Below are positions 1 through 8,976 of a DNA stretch of 64,000 bases, piece after piece. This stretch comes from Armatimonadota bacterium (GTDB taxonomy: Bacteria > Armatimonadota > Fimbriimonadia > Fimbriimonadales > GBS-DC): NCBI GenBank assembly GCA_037445735.1, contig JBBIJY010000012.1:1-64000 (forward strand), given 5' to 3'. Position numbers and translations under genes: made by a program. Positions within the stretch are counted from its first letter, which is position 1, and each line of letters begins with the position of its first letter. Below the pieces are notes generated by a model, which was given only the letters and a program-made list of their open reading frames with translations, had not been told where the DNA came from and did not search any database.

Positions 1-152
1 TGGTGAGAGGTCTACAGCGGGTGGTGGTATGGTGGTGGAAGTGTCGTCGAACGACGGGTCAGTTAAAAACAAGCACGATTGCAGCCGATTCCATTCCGGT
101 GCAGGAATCGGCCCCTGAGCAGGGTACAATATCGATCCGTTCGGCAGACGAC

Positions 153-166
153 TGACCAGTTGGTAA
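153..166. promoter_or_regulatory. Putative TetR/FadR-type operator TGACC-N4-GGTAA
   Basis: Imperfect palindrome between the -10 box and RBS of the acyl-CoA ligase; similar site at 37689-37702 before the fadN-like gene. Confidence 0.45.
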
Positions 167-181
167 GGAGTGTGAGCGATT

Positions 182-1930
182 ATGGCAGCGAACTCTCTCA
201 AGGGCGAGCCGATTCAGCTGCGCTGGCGCAGTGAGTGGTGCGAGCATGAGGCACGAACCATCCCCGCGCTGTTTGTGAGTCAGGCGGACACGCTGGGCGA
301 TTACCCGCTCTACTGGGTCAAACGCGAGGGCGCCTATCGCCCCATCCGCTGGCGCGAGGTGCGCGAGCAGGTGGAGGCGTTAGCCGCGGGGCTGATCGCG
401 CGCGGCATCCAGCCGGGCGACCGCGTGGCGATTCTGTCCGAGAACCGCTACGAATGGGTGCTTTCCGATCTGGCGATTCTGGCATGCGGCGCCATCTCTG
501 TCACGCTGCATGCGCCGCTGACGCCCGCGCAGGTGCTGGAGCAGTTGCGCGATTCGGAAGCCTGTGCGCTGTTTGTCAGCACGCCCGAACAGGCGCAGAA
601 GGTGGATCCGCACCGCGCCCAGCTGCCCCACCTGAAGCAGTTCATCGCCTATACGCCCATCAGCGGCTGGACGCACCTGAACACGCTGATGGACGAAGGG
701 CGCGCCCTGCTTGGGGATAAGCCCCGCGTGGTGGACGACTACCGCGACACGCTGAACTGGGACAGCATCGCCACCCTTATCTACACCTCAGGCACCACCG
801 GCGAAAGCAAGGGCGTGATGCTCTCACACGGCAACCTGCTTTCGAATATGTACGCCGCGATGCAGGTGTTCACGCCGCCCGGGCGCGACTATGTGATGCT
901 GAACTTCCTGCCGTTGAGCCATATCTACGCGCGCCTGAGCGATTACCTGACCACGCTGGGACTGGGCACGATGATGGCGTTCGCCGAGAGCTATGACACC
1001 ATCCGCCAGAACCTGAGCGAGGTGCGCCCGCACGCGATTAACGGTGTGCCGCGCCTCTACGAGAAGGTGCGCGAGCGGCTGCTGGAGGCGTTTGAAAGCA
1101 AGCCGCTGCTGCGCATGCTGGGCAAGTGGGGGCGACGCAAGGCGCTCCAGAAGGTGTTCGGCGGGCGAATCGTCTGGATGACCAGCGGCGGCGCTGCGCT
1201 CGACCCGCAGGTCGCCGAGTTCTACTGGGAACACGGCTTCCAGCTCTATCAGGGCTATGGGCTGACCGAAGCCTCACCCGTCATCGCCTGCAATCGCCCG
1301 AACGATAACCGAATCGGCACCGTCGGCGTGCCTTTTCCGGGTGTGGAGGTGCGAATCGCGGACGACGGCGAGCTGCTGGCACGCGGTCCCAACATCATGA
1401 AAGGCTACTGGCGCAAGCCCGAAGCGACCGCCGAAGCCATCGACGCCGACGGCTGGCTGCACACAGGCGACTGCGCCGCAATCGTGGAGGACCGATACAT
1501 CCGGATCACCGACCGCAAAAAGGACATTTTTGTGCTGGCAGGCGGCAAGAACATCGCGCCCGTCGCGCTGGAGACCGCCCTCGTGCGCAACCCCTATATT
1601 GAGCAGGCGATGGTGTACGGTGATAAGAAGAAGTTCGTCTCCGCGCTGATTGTGCCCGACTTTCCGCGTCTGGAACAGTGGGCGCGCGAGCGGCAGCTCC
1701 CGTTCCAGAGCCGTGAGGACCTGGTCAACCATCCCGAAGTATATCGGTGGATGGAGCTGCAGGTGGCGGACGCCCTGCGCGACTTCGCGCCCTACGAGCA
1801 GGTGAAGCGGTTCGTGCTGCTTACGGAGCCGTTCACCTTCGAGGCGGGCGATCTGACCATCACGCTCAAGATGCGCCGCGCCCGCATCCTGGAGCGGTAT
1901 CAGGCGCAGCTCGACGCGCTGTATGAGTGA
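182..1930 (+). CDS. AMP-dependent long-chain fatty acid-CoA ligase
   Basis: YTSGTTGESKG P-loop-like motif, QGYGLTE, GWLHTGD; AAGGAG RBS upstream; -10-like GGTACAAT at 123-130. Confidence 0.9.
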   Translation: MAANSLKGEPIQLRWRSEWCEHEARTIPALFVSQADTLGDYPLYWVKREGAYRPIRWREVREQVEALAAGLIARGIQPGDRVAILSENRYEWVLSDLAILACGAISVTLHAPLTPAQVLEQLRDSEACALFVSTPEQAQKVDPHRAQLPHLKQFIAYTPISGWTHLNTLMDEGRALLGDKPRVVDDYRDTLNWDSIATLIYTSGTTGESKGVMLSHGNLLSNMYAAMQVFTPPGRDYVMLNFLPLSHIYARLSDYLTTLGLGTMMAFAESYDTIRQNLSEVRPHAINGVPRLYEKVRERLLEAFESKPLLRMLGKWGRRKALQKVFGGRIVWMTSGGAALDPQVAEFYWEHGFQLYQGYGLTEASPVIACNRPNDNRIGTVGVPFPGVEVRIADDGELLARGPNIMKGYWRKPEATAEAIDADGWLHTGDCAAIVEDRYIRITDRKKDIFVLAGGKNIAPVALETALVRNPYIEQAMVYGDKKKFVSALIVPDFPRLEQWARERQLPFQSREDLVNHPEVYRWMELQVADALRDFAPYEQVKRFVLLTEPFTFEAGDLTITLKMRRARILERYQAQLDALYE

Positions 1931-1954
1931 CTCTTGCAGCGACGCATTTAGCAA

Positions 1955-1990
1955 CCCCTCACCCCTACCCTCTCCCTTCTGGGGAGAGGG
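1955..1990 (+). repeat. REP-like palindromic element (CCCCTCACCC-N-ACCCTCTCCC-loop-GGGAGAGGG family)
   Basis: Matches family copies at 7672, 35690, 35743, 50565, 50628, 61390; lies between convergent genes. Confidence 0.85.
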
Positions 1991-2022
1991 AGCTTATTAT
2001 TTACAGGGTACGGGCTCAACTC

Positions 2023-3978
2023 TCAGCTTGCCTGGGGCAGCCCCGATTCGGAAGATGGGGTGAACCATTTGCGCAGGGTCGCTTCCAGTCGCTCGCGCAG
2101 GATGGGTTTCTCCAGATAGTCGTCCATGCCACAGGCGAGACATTTGTCGCGATCACCCGAAAAAGCGTGGGCAGTCAGCGCGATGATGAGCTGATGCCTG
2201 CCTGTGCCCTGCTCACGCTCGCGAATATGGCGCGTGGCTTCGTAACCGTCCATCTCCGGCATCTGGCAGTCCATCAGCACCAGATCGTAGGCTGTTTCGG
2301 CGGTCTTCTCAACGGCTTCACGCCCGTTGGTGGCAATCTCCACCTGACAGCCCATCTGCTCCAGCATCCGCGCGGCGACCTTGCAGTTGATGGCGTTATC
2401 TTCCACCAGCAGCACGCGCAGGGGCGGCAGCGGCGGCAATTCGGCAGCAGGGGCGGCTGTGTCGCGCTCTGGAACAGCATCCACGGGTTCTAACGGCACT
2501 TCGAACCAGAAGGTGCTGCCTTTGCCGGGTTCGCTCTGCACGCCGATGCGCCCGCCCATCGCCTCCACCAGCTGCTTGCAGATAGCCAGCCCCAGCCCTG
2601 TGCCGCCGTACTGGCGCGTGAGGGTGCTATCCGCCTGCACAAACGGCTCAAAGATGGTGTCCAGCCTGTCAGGTGGGATGCCGATGCCTGTGTCCTGCAC
2701 GGCAAAGTGGAGCAGCGGCGTGGTCGCCGCGCCCTCACTCGCGGCATGCGCCGATTCGCCGTCAGGTGGATTGACAGGTTGCACGCGGAGGGTGATGCCG
2801 CCCGCATGGGTGAACTTGAGCGCGTTGCCGACAAGATTTGCCAGAATCTGGCGCAGGCGCACAGGGTCGCCCCGCACCCATGCAGGCACGCGCGGGTCTA
2901 TCTGCGTCTCCAGCGATAGGCCCTGCTGAACCGCCTTCGCCTTGAACAGCAGAACCACATCGCGGATGAGACCGGGTAGCTCGAAGCGCGTGTGAGCCAG
3001 CGTGAACTGTCCCGATTCGAGGCGGGCGATGTCGAGAATGTCGTTCAGCAGAGCCAGCAGATGCTCGGCACTGCTCTGAAGCGTGCGCAAATAGTCACAC
3101 TGCTCGTCGGTCAGCGGCGTCTGCAACAGCAGTTGCCCCATGCCGAGAATGCCGTTCATCGGCGTGCGGATTTCGTGGCTCATGGTTGCCAGAAAGCGCG
3201 ATTTGGCTTCGCTGGCAGCCTGGGCTCTCTTGAGCGCGTCCTGCAGCTGTTCCACCAGCTGCTGGCGTTCCTGCTCGAAGTGGTGGCGTTCCAGCGCGAG
3301 CGTGACGATGCCCGAAAAGTCGCGCACCCACTGCCACTCTTCAGCGGAAGGCTCTCTCGGCTCGCGATGATAGATGGCGAAAGTGCCCAGCACCCTGTTC
3401 GGAGACGCCATCAGCGGCACGGACCAGCAGGAGCGCAAACCCGCCTGCTGTGCCAGCTCGCGATACCCTTCCCAGCGCGGGTCGGTCGCGATGTCCGTTA
3501 CAATCACGGGTTCGTGCAGATAGGCTGCGCTGCCGCAGGAGCCGACATTGTCGCCGATCCGCACGCCATGAATGGCTTCATTATAGAAATCGGGCAGGCT
3601 GGGCGCGGCGCCATGCAGCAGCCGCTCGCCCGTCTCATCCAGAATCAGGATGGAGCAGAGCGCATCGGGGAACCGCTGCTCGAACAGGCGGCAGACCGTT
3701 TCCAGAACGGTTTTCAGCGGCACGCCCTGCGCCACCTGCTCCAGTATCCGCTTATGTGCCTGCAACGCCAGGTTCTGGTGGAACAGCCCTTCGGTTGCCA
3801 TGTCGTAGGCGTGCTGGAGGCGTTCCATGTTCGCCTCTAAATGCGCGTAGGTCGCATTCACCGCGTTCAGAAACGCCTCCATCGCCGTTAGCCGCGTCGG
3901 GCAGCACCAGTCGCGCGGGTCGGTACTACCAAAGTACCGTTCCAGTTGATGAATCAGCGTGGTGTTGCTGGCTTTCAT
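2023..3978 (-). CDS. Hybrid sensor histidine kinase (GAF-HisKA-HATPase-REC)
   Basis: GAF ([15 protein letters not shown]), H-box [17 protein letters not shown] boxes NALKFT, DTGIGI, GGTGLGL, C-terminal [20 protein letters not shown] overlap with the FIST gene stop. Confidence 0.92.
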   Translation of the reverse strand: MKASNTTLIHQLERYFGSTDPRDWCCPTRLTAMEAFLNAVNATYAHLEANMERLQHAYDMATEGLFHQNLALQAHKRILEQVAQGVPLKTVLETVCRLFEQRFPDALCSILILDETGERLLHGAAPSLPDFYNEAIHGVRIGDNVGSCGSAAYLHEPVIVTDIATDPRWEGYRELAQQAGLRSCWSVPLMASPNRVLGTFAIYHREPREPSAEEWQWVRDFSGIVTLALERHHFEQERQQLVEQLQDALKRAQAASEAKSRFLATMSHEIRTPMNGILGMGQLLLQTPLTDEQCDYLRTLQSSAEHLLALLNDILDIARLESGQFTLAHTRFELPGLIRDVVLLFKAKAVQQGLSLETQIDPRVPAWVRGDPVRLRQILANLVGNALKFTHAGGITLRVQPVNPPDGESAHAASEGAATTPLLHFAVQDTGIGIPPDRLDTIFEPFVQADSTLTRQYGGTGLGLAICKQLVEAMGGRIGVQSEPGKGSTFWFEVPLEPVDAVPERDTAAPAAELPPLPPLRVLLVEDNAINCKVAARMLEQMGCQVEIATNGREAVEKTAETAYDLVLMDCQMPEMDGYEATRHIREREQGTGRHQLIIALTAHAFSGDRDKCLACGMDDYLEKPILRERLEATLRKWFTPSSESGLPQAS

Positions 3979-5114
3979 CGCTCCACCCACAGGGTGATGG
4001 TCATCGTCTGGTTGTGCAGCTCACAGCGGGCGGTGGGGTTGAAGGGGCAGATTTCGCCGTTGGAGTAGAAGCCCATCCGTTGAGTTGAATCGCCCAATTG
4101 ACGGCGCACGGCTTCGACCTCCTCGGCGATGAAGTCGCCCATCAGGAAGTAGCGTCCGATGCAGCTGATGAGCAGGGCAACAGGCGGCTGCTGTTCGTGG
4201 AGACCCTGAAGGGCGTACTGCGCCGACTGCTCCGCGCCGTCCACCAGCTCATCGAATCGGGCGTGCATCAGGCGTACCCAGCCGCCTTCGGGCACATCAC
4301 CTGCAAAGATGAGCGCGCCCCGCTCCCTGTCGATGCCCAGCAGGGTGCGGATCAGACCCTCAGGCTGCTGCTGATGGTCATAGAGCGCGATCGGGAACAG
4401 CAGTCCAGTGGCGGGTAGCCCGTCGGCGTCCTTGCCCAGATACCGATCGTAGAGCATCAGCGCGGGCTGACCGTCGAACTCGTACACCACATTGCCCTTC
4501 GTGCGCGTGGCTTGCAGAAGGGGTCCGAACGGTTTCCAGCCGCCGATGGCGGCGTGCCCCACACGGAACTGCTTGCCGTAGAAGCCGATGGCGACAGCCG
4601 CCTTCGGCAGAACCTGTTCGCCTGCCACAATCAGCGTCTGCTGGAAGCGACCGCCATCGTTTGCCAGCCCGCCCGTGATGGGCACATGGGCGCCAACGGC
4701 TTCCTGCACACCGCGTGCGAGCGCGGAGCTGTTCACCCCGATGCCGTCCGCAAGCAGCAGCACATACGCCAGCTCCGTATCTGCCAGCGCGCGTCCCAGC
4801 TGCTGACCGACGGTGTATGAATCAGTGAGGTCGGGCACGAGCGCCGAGGCAAGCCGCAGGCGCGTCTGCTCGAACTGCAGGAGCGTGAACACGGGACAGG
4901 TATCGATGCCCTGATTCGTGATGGTCACATCGCTGCTGGCGCCCGCCACAATTGCCACCTGCGACCAGGCTCGCAACGCCCGCTGAACGGCAGGCTCGCT
5001 CAGCTGCTGTGTGCTGCCAAACATGAGCAGCAGGCGACTCGCACATTCGCCTCCTGTGCTGCCATCCACAGGGGGCAGCGATTCTATGCCACGAAACTGC
5101 CGAACCGTTATCAT
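3975..5114 (-). CDS. FIST N/C domain sensor protein (NosP-like)
   Basis: ITGGLAND, GWKPFG, LLISCIGR, GFYSNGEI, LHNQTMTIT motifs; GGAGG RBS before ATG 5114. Confidence 0.88.
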   Translation of the reverse strand: MITVRQFRGIESLPPVDGSTGGECASRLLLMFGSTQQLSEPAVQRALRAWSQVAIVAGASSDVTITNQGIDTCPVFTLLQFEQTRLRLASALVPDLTDSYTVGQQLGRALADTELAYVLLLADGIGVNSSALARGVQEAVGAHVPITGGLANDGGRFQQTLIVAGEQVLPKAAVAIGFYGKQFRVGHAAIGGWKPFGPLLQATRTKGNVVYEFDGQPALMLYDRYLGKDADGLPATGLLFPIALYDHQQQPEGLIRTLLGIDRERGALIFAGDVPEGGWVRLMHARFDELVDGAEQSAQYALQGLHEQQPPVALLISCIGRYFLMGDFIAEEVEAVRRQLGDSTQRMGFYSNGEICPFNPTARCELHNQTMTITLWVER

Positions 5115-5195
5115 GGGGCATTCCCTCCAGAGGGATTTTTCCACCAGGGACACGCTTTTTACAATCCTGAGCGAGTGCGGGGAGCAGGCGTCTGG

Positions 5196-5223
5196 CTGGC
5201 ATGAGGTAACTGGCATGAGGTAA
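5196..5223 (+). repeat. Perfect 14-bp tandem duplication CTGGCATGAGGTAA x2
   Basis: Direct reading: 5196-5209 equals 5210-5223. Confidence 0.9.
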
Positions 5224-5232
5224 TCTGTCGAT

Positions 5233-6648
5233 GTGGTTCAGCGGGCGATTGAGCGGTTGCGGGAGGCGCTGCGCGGCACGTCGTACGAGGGGCGGGTCTA
5301 TCTCGTGGGCGGCTCTGTGCGCGATCGGCTGCTCCAGCGCCCCCTGCCGAACGACCTGGACCTCGTGCTGGAAGGCGACGCGCTTATGCTGGCAAACTGG
5401 CTCTATGAGCAGGGCATCAGCCAGCACGCGCCCGTCGTCTATCGCAACTTCGGAACCGCGAAGGTCACTGTCGAAGAGGTGCCCATCGAGATTGTTACGG
5501 CACGCGCCGAATCGTACCGCGCGGAGAGCCGCAAGCCCATTCAGGTCAAGCCTGCTTCGCTTTATGAAGACGCCCTGCGCCGCGACTTCACCATCAACAC
5601 GCTGCTGGAGAACCTGCACACCGGCGAGATTGTGGACCCGTTGGGATGCGCTCTTCAAGACCTGCAGGCGCGTGTGCTGCGAACCCCTCGCGAGCCGAAG
5701 CAGACCTTCCACGAGGACCCGCTCCGCATGCTGCGTGCCGTCCGATTCGCCATCCAGCTCGATTTTACAATCGCCCCCGAAGTGTGGGAGGCGATTCGGC
5801 AGGAGGCGCACCGCCTGCAGATTATCAGTCGGGAGCGCATCCGCGACGAGTTCACAAAGATTCTGGAGCAGGCGGGCGCGGCGCAGGGACTGCAGATGCT
5901 CCTTGAAAGTGAGTTGCTCGCGCAATTTGGGCAGCCCCTTCTGCCGATGGTCGGCTGCACGCAGCCAGGGGGTTATCACCTGTATGATGTGTGGACGCAC
6001 AGCGTGAAAGCCGTCGAGGCGTTGCCATCGGATGAGGTGCTGGCACGCCTGCCGCTGCCCGCGTGGGAGCTGCGCCTGGCGACGCTCTTGCACGATGTGG
6101 GCAAACCCGCCACGCGCACCGTCGACGAAAACGGGGTTGCCCATTTCTACGGGCACGCGCGGGTGGGAGCGGACATCGCCCGCCAGTGGCTGCGTGAGAT
6201 GAAGTATCCCAGCGCGACCATCGAGCGCGTGTGTCGGCTGATTGCCCTGCATATGCGACCCGGCGAGTACAGCCCGCGCTGGAGCGATTCAGCCATCCGA
6301 CGGCTGATTCGCGACGCGGGCGAACTGCTGGAGCCGTTGCTGATCATGGTGGAAGCCGATATTCAGGCACAACGCGCCGACAAGCCGCGCGCCGATCTGA
6401 ACGAGTTGCGCCAGCGCATCGAGGCGATACGCGCCCGCGAGGATACCCGCCACTGGCAAAGCCCGCTCACAGGCGACGAGCTGATGCAGCAGCTGGGCTT
6501 GAAGCCGGGCGCGCTGATTGGCAGGCTCAAAGCGGCACTAACGAACGCGGTGCTGGAGGGGCAGCTGGCGCCCGACGACAAGGCGCACGCCCTGCAAATC
6601 GCCCGCGAGCTGCTCGCGCAGTGGCAGGCGGATGAAACAGTGGCTTGA
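5233..6648 (+). CDS. cca: CCA tRNA nucleotidyltransferase / poly(A) polymerase family with HD domain
   Basis: LVGGSVRDRLL, DLDL, DALRRDFTIN, EDPLRMLRAVRF, ISRERIRDE, LLHDVGKP. Confidence 0.88.
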   Translation: MVQRAIERLREALRGTSYEGRVYLVGGSVRDRLLQRPLPNDLDLVLEGDALMLANWLYEQGISQHAPVVYRNFGTAKVTVEEVPIEIVTARAESYRAESRKPIQVKPASLYEDALRRDFTINTLLENLHTGEIVDPLGCALQDLQARVLRTPREPKQTFHEDPLRMLRAVRFAIQLDFTIAPEVWEAIRQEAHRLQIISRERIRDEFTKILEQAGAAQGLQMLLESELLAQFGQPLLPMVGCTQPGGYHLYDVWTHSVKAVEALPSDEVLARLPLPAWELRLATLLHDVGKPATRTVDENGVAHFYGHARVGADIARQWLREMKYPSATIERVCRLIALHMRPGEYSPRWSDSAIRRLIRDAGELLEPLLIMVEADIQAQRADKPRADLNELRQRIEAIRAREDTRHWQSPLTGDELMQQLGLKPGALIGRLKAALTNAVLEGQLAPDDKAHALQIARELLAQWQADETVA

Positions 6649-6657
6649 GCCTCTCGC

Positions 6658-7623
6658 TCAAGCGGATGGAGATTCGCAGCGCTCGCCCGCCGCCTGCGCA
6701 ATTAATGTGCGCGGCGGGATGAATTCGATCTGCTCCTTTAGCAGCTGCAGCGTCTCGACCGTCGCGTCGGGATTGTAGCGCAGCAGCTGCCCCACGATGG
6801 CTTCGGTCGACTCTTCTGGTGTGGACGCGCCGCTGGTGATGCCAATCACGCGATAGTTGTGCGCCCATTCGGGGCGCACCTCGTCGGGTTCCAGCAATAG
6901 ATAGGCGGGCACGCCCTGCGCCCGCGCAACCTCGCACAGGCGGTTCGAATTGCTGCTGGACTGGCTGCCGACCACCAGCACCAGATGACACCGCTGGGCG
7001 AGCGCCTTGACCGCCGCCTGACGATTGGTGGTGGCGTAGCAGATGTCCTCCTTGCGCGGCAGCTCTATCTGGGGGAATCGGCGGCGCAGCACGGCGATAA
7101 TGGCGTTCGCCTCGTCCACGCTCAGCGTGGTCTGGGTGGCAATCGCGAGCGGGCGGTCGGGTGGAACCTGCACGCGCTCCGCTTCCTCCACCGTCTCCAC
7201 CAGTGTGATCTGGTCGGGCGCGTGCCCCATGCTGCCCATCGCCTCCACATGCCCGCGATGCCCAATATAGAGGATGTGGTAGCCCTGTCGGGCGAATCGG
7301 ATGATCTCGCGGTGAACCTTGCTCACCAGCGGGCAGGTGGCGTCCACCACACGCAGGTTGCGCTCCGCCGCCTGCTGGCGCACGGCGGGCGAGACGCCAT
7401 GCGCGCTGAACACCACCACCGAGCCAGGCGGCACCTCGGATAGGTCTTCCACAAAAATCACGCCGCGCCGCTCAAACGCGCGCACCACATGCTCGTTATG
7501 CACAATCGCGTGGCGCACATAGAGTGGCGTGCCGAACGCCTTCAGCGCAAGGTTCACCACCTCAATCGCGTAGGCGACGCCTGCGCAGAAGCCCCGCGGC
7601 GCCGCCAGAATAATCTTCTCCAT
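6658..7623 (-). CDS. ispH: 4-hydroxy-3-methylbut-2-enyl diphosphate reductase
   Basis: PRGFCAGV, SAHGV, DATCPLV, ICYATTNRQ, SSNS, GASTPE. Confidence 0.95.
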   Translation of the reverse strand: MEKIILAAPRGFCAGVAYAIEVVNLALKAFGTPLYVRHAIVHNEHVVRAFERRGVIFVEDLSEVPPGSVVVFSAHGVSPAVRQQAAERNLRVVDATCPLVSKVHREIIRFARQGYHILYIGHRGHVEAMGSMGHAPDQITLVETVEEAERVQVPPDRPLAIATQTTLSVDEANAIIAVLRRRFPQIELPRKEDICYATTNRQAAVKALAQRCHLVLVVGSQSSSNSNRLCEVARAQGVPAYLLLEPDEVRPEWAHNYRVIGITSGASTPEESTEAIVGQLLRYNPDATVETLQLLKEQIEFIPPRTLIAQAAGERCESPSA

Positions 7624-7671
7624 GCGCCCCCAAGTATACCTCATCCCGGAGGGGTGAGGGAGAAACTAAGT

Positions 7672-7710
7672 CCCTCTCCCCCTTTGGGGGAGAGGGTACG
7701 GGTGAGGGGG
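7672..7710 (-). repeat. REP-like palindromic element
   Basis: CCCTCTCCCCC-TTT-GGGGGAGAGGGTACGGGTGAGGGG, the reverse complement of the family consensus. Confidence 0.85.
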
Positions 7711-7760
7711 CTTCACACAGATGGAGAGCGACCCGGCGCCGCCGGGAATGCCCGGTGCAA

Positions 7761-8975
7761 TCAGTCCGGGTAGGGGCGTGGGGACCGCGCCCCTGCTCCT
7801 GGGATGCCCAGCGCAATTAACCACACCAGCATCTGAATCAGCGCGGCGGAGGCGTATGGCAGGATGTCGCTGTAATGCAATAGCCCGTTGCCCCAGATGG
7901 GACCGACGATTCGGGCGAGGCTCTCCAGCGAGCCTGCCACCCCCTGCACGCGACCCTGCTCGTCCGCGCCTGCCGCCTGACTCAGCAGGCTGGTAAAGCA
8001 TGGCAACGCGAGCGCGCCGCCCACTGCTGCGACGCTTGCCATCAGCAGGAAGAGAGGGATGGAGTGCGTGAGCGCTGCCACGAGCAGTCCCGTGCTGTTC
8101 AATCCCAGCCCCATCAGCAGCGTGCGCCGTTCGCCCAGCTGCACCACGACGCGCCCTGTGACCGTCGCCTGCATGAGCGCAGCGATAACGCCGACCATCG
8201 TCAGCACATAGCCGTTCTCCACTGGTCCCAGCCCGAACCGCGTGTGGGTGAACAGCGCGAAGGTGGTCTGGTAGATCGAGTTGGCAATCCAGATGAGCAG
8301 GTCGATCCAGAGCAGGCGTCCCAGTACGGGTCGGCGGATGAGCGCGGGCAGTTCACGCCAGGGCGAAGGGCGCCGCGCGGGGGTCATGTGCACGGTTTCG
8401 GGCAGCCACCGCCAGCCGAGCGCGGCGGCAATCAGCGAGATGCCCGCCGCCGCCCACGCTGGCGCCGCCAGCCCGAACCGCGCCAGCCCGCCCCCTATCG
8501 CCGGTCCCAGAATGAACCCCAGCCCGAACGCCGCGCCAATCAGCCCGAAGTTGCGTGCCCGCTCGCGCGGCTCGCTGATGTCCGCAATATACGCCCGAAC
8601 CGTCGTGATGTTGCCACCTGTGAAGCCGTCCACAATCCGCGCGGCGAACAGCCAGACCATGTTGCCTGCCAGCGCGAGCATCACAAAGCTCGCCGCCGAA
8701 CCCAGCAGGCTCAGAATCAGCACGGGACGACGCCCCCACCGATCCGACCAGTCGCCCAGAATCGGCGCGGCGAGCATCTGCGCCACCGAAAAGGAGGCGA
8801 ACAGCAGCCCGACCTCCCACTCCGACGCGCGGAACTGCTGGGCATAAAAGGGCAACAGCGGGATGACGATGCCGAACCCGATCAGGCTCACGCAAATAGT
8901 CAGAAAGACAGTTAACAGTGCCCGCCGCTTGACAGCGGGCGCCGAATCGGGCGTGATGCGCACCACGCGACTCAT
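7761..8975 (-). CDS. MFS transporter, TetA/DHA1-like
   Basis: Motif A GDWSDRWGRRPV, GLGFILGPAIGG motif C, about 12 hydrophobic segments. Confidence 0.88.
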   Translation of the reverse strand: MSRVVRITPDSAPAVKRRALLTVFLTICVSLIGFGIVIPLLPFYAQQFRASEWEVGLLFASFSVAQMLAAPILGDWSDRWGRRPVLILSLLGSAASFVMLALAGNMVWLFAARIVDGFTGGNITTVRAYIADISEPRERARNFGLIGAAFGLGFILGPAIGGGLARFGLAAPAWAAAGISLIAAALGWRWLPETVHMTPARRPSPWRELPALIRRPVLGRLLWIDLLIWIANSIYQTTFALFTHTRFGLGPVENGYVLTMVGVIAALMQATVTGRVVVQLGERRTLLMGLGLNSTGLLVAALTHSIPLFLLMASVAAVGGALALPCFTSLLSQAAGADEQGRVQGVAGSLESLARIVGPIWGNGLLHYSDILPYASAALIQMLVWLIALGIPGAGARSPRPYPD

Positions 8976-8976
8976 C

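Noticed and set aside
84-112. GCCGATTCC/GGAATCGGC inverted repeat
   Set aside because: Probably a terminator or stabiliser of an upstream transcript outside the window; no U-tract and no further support
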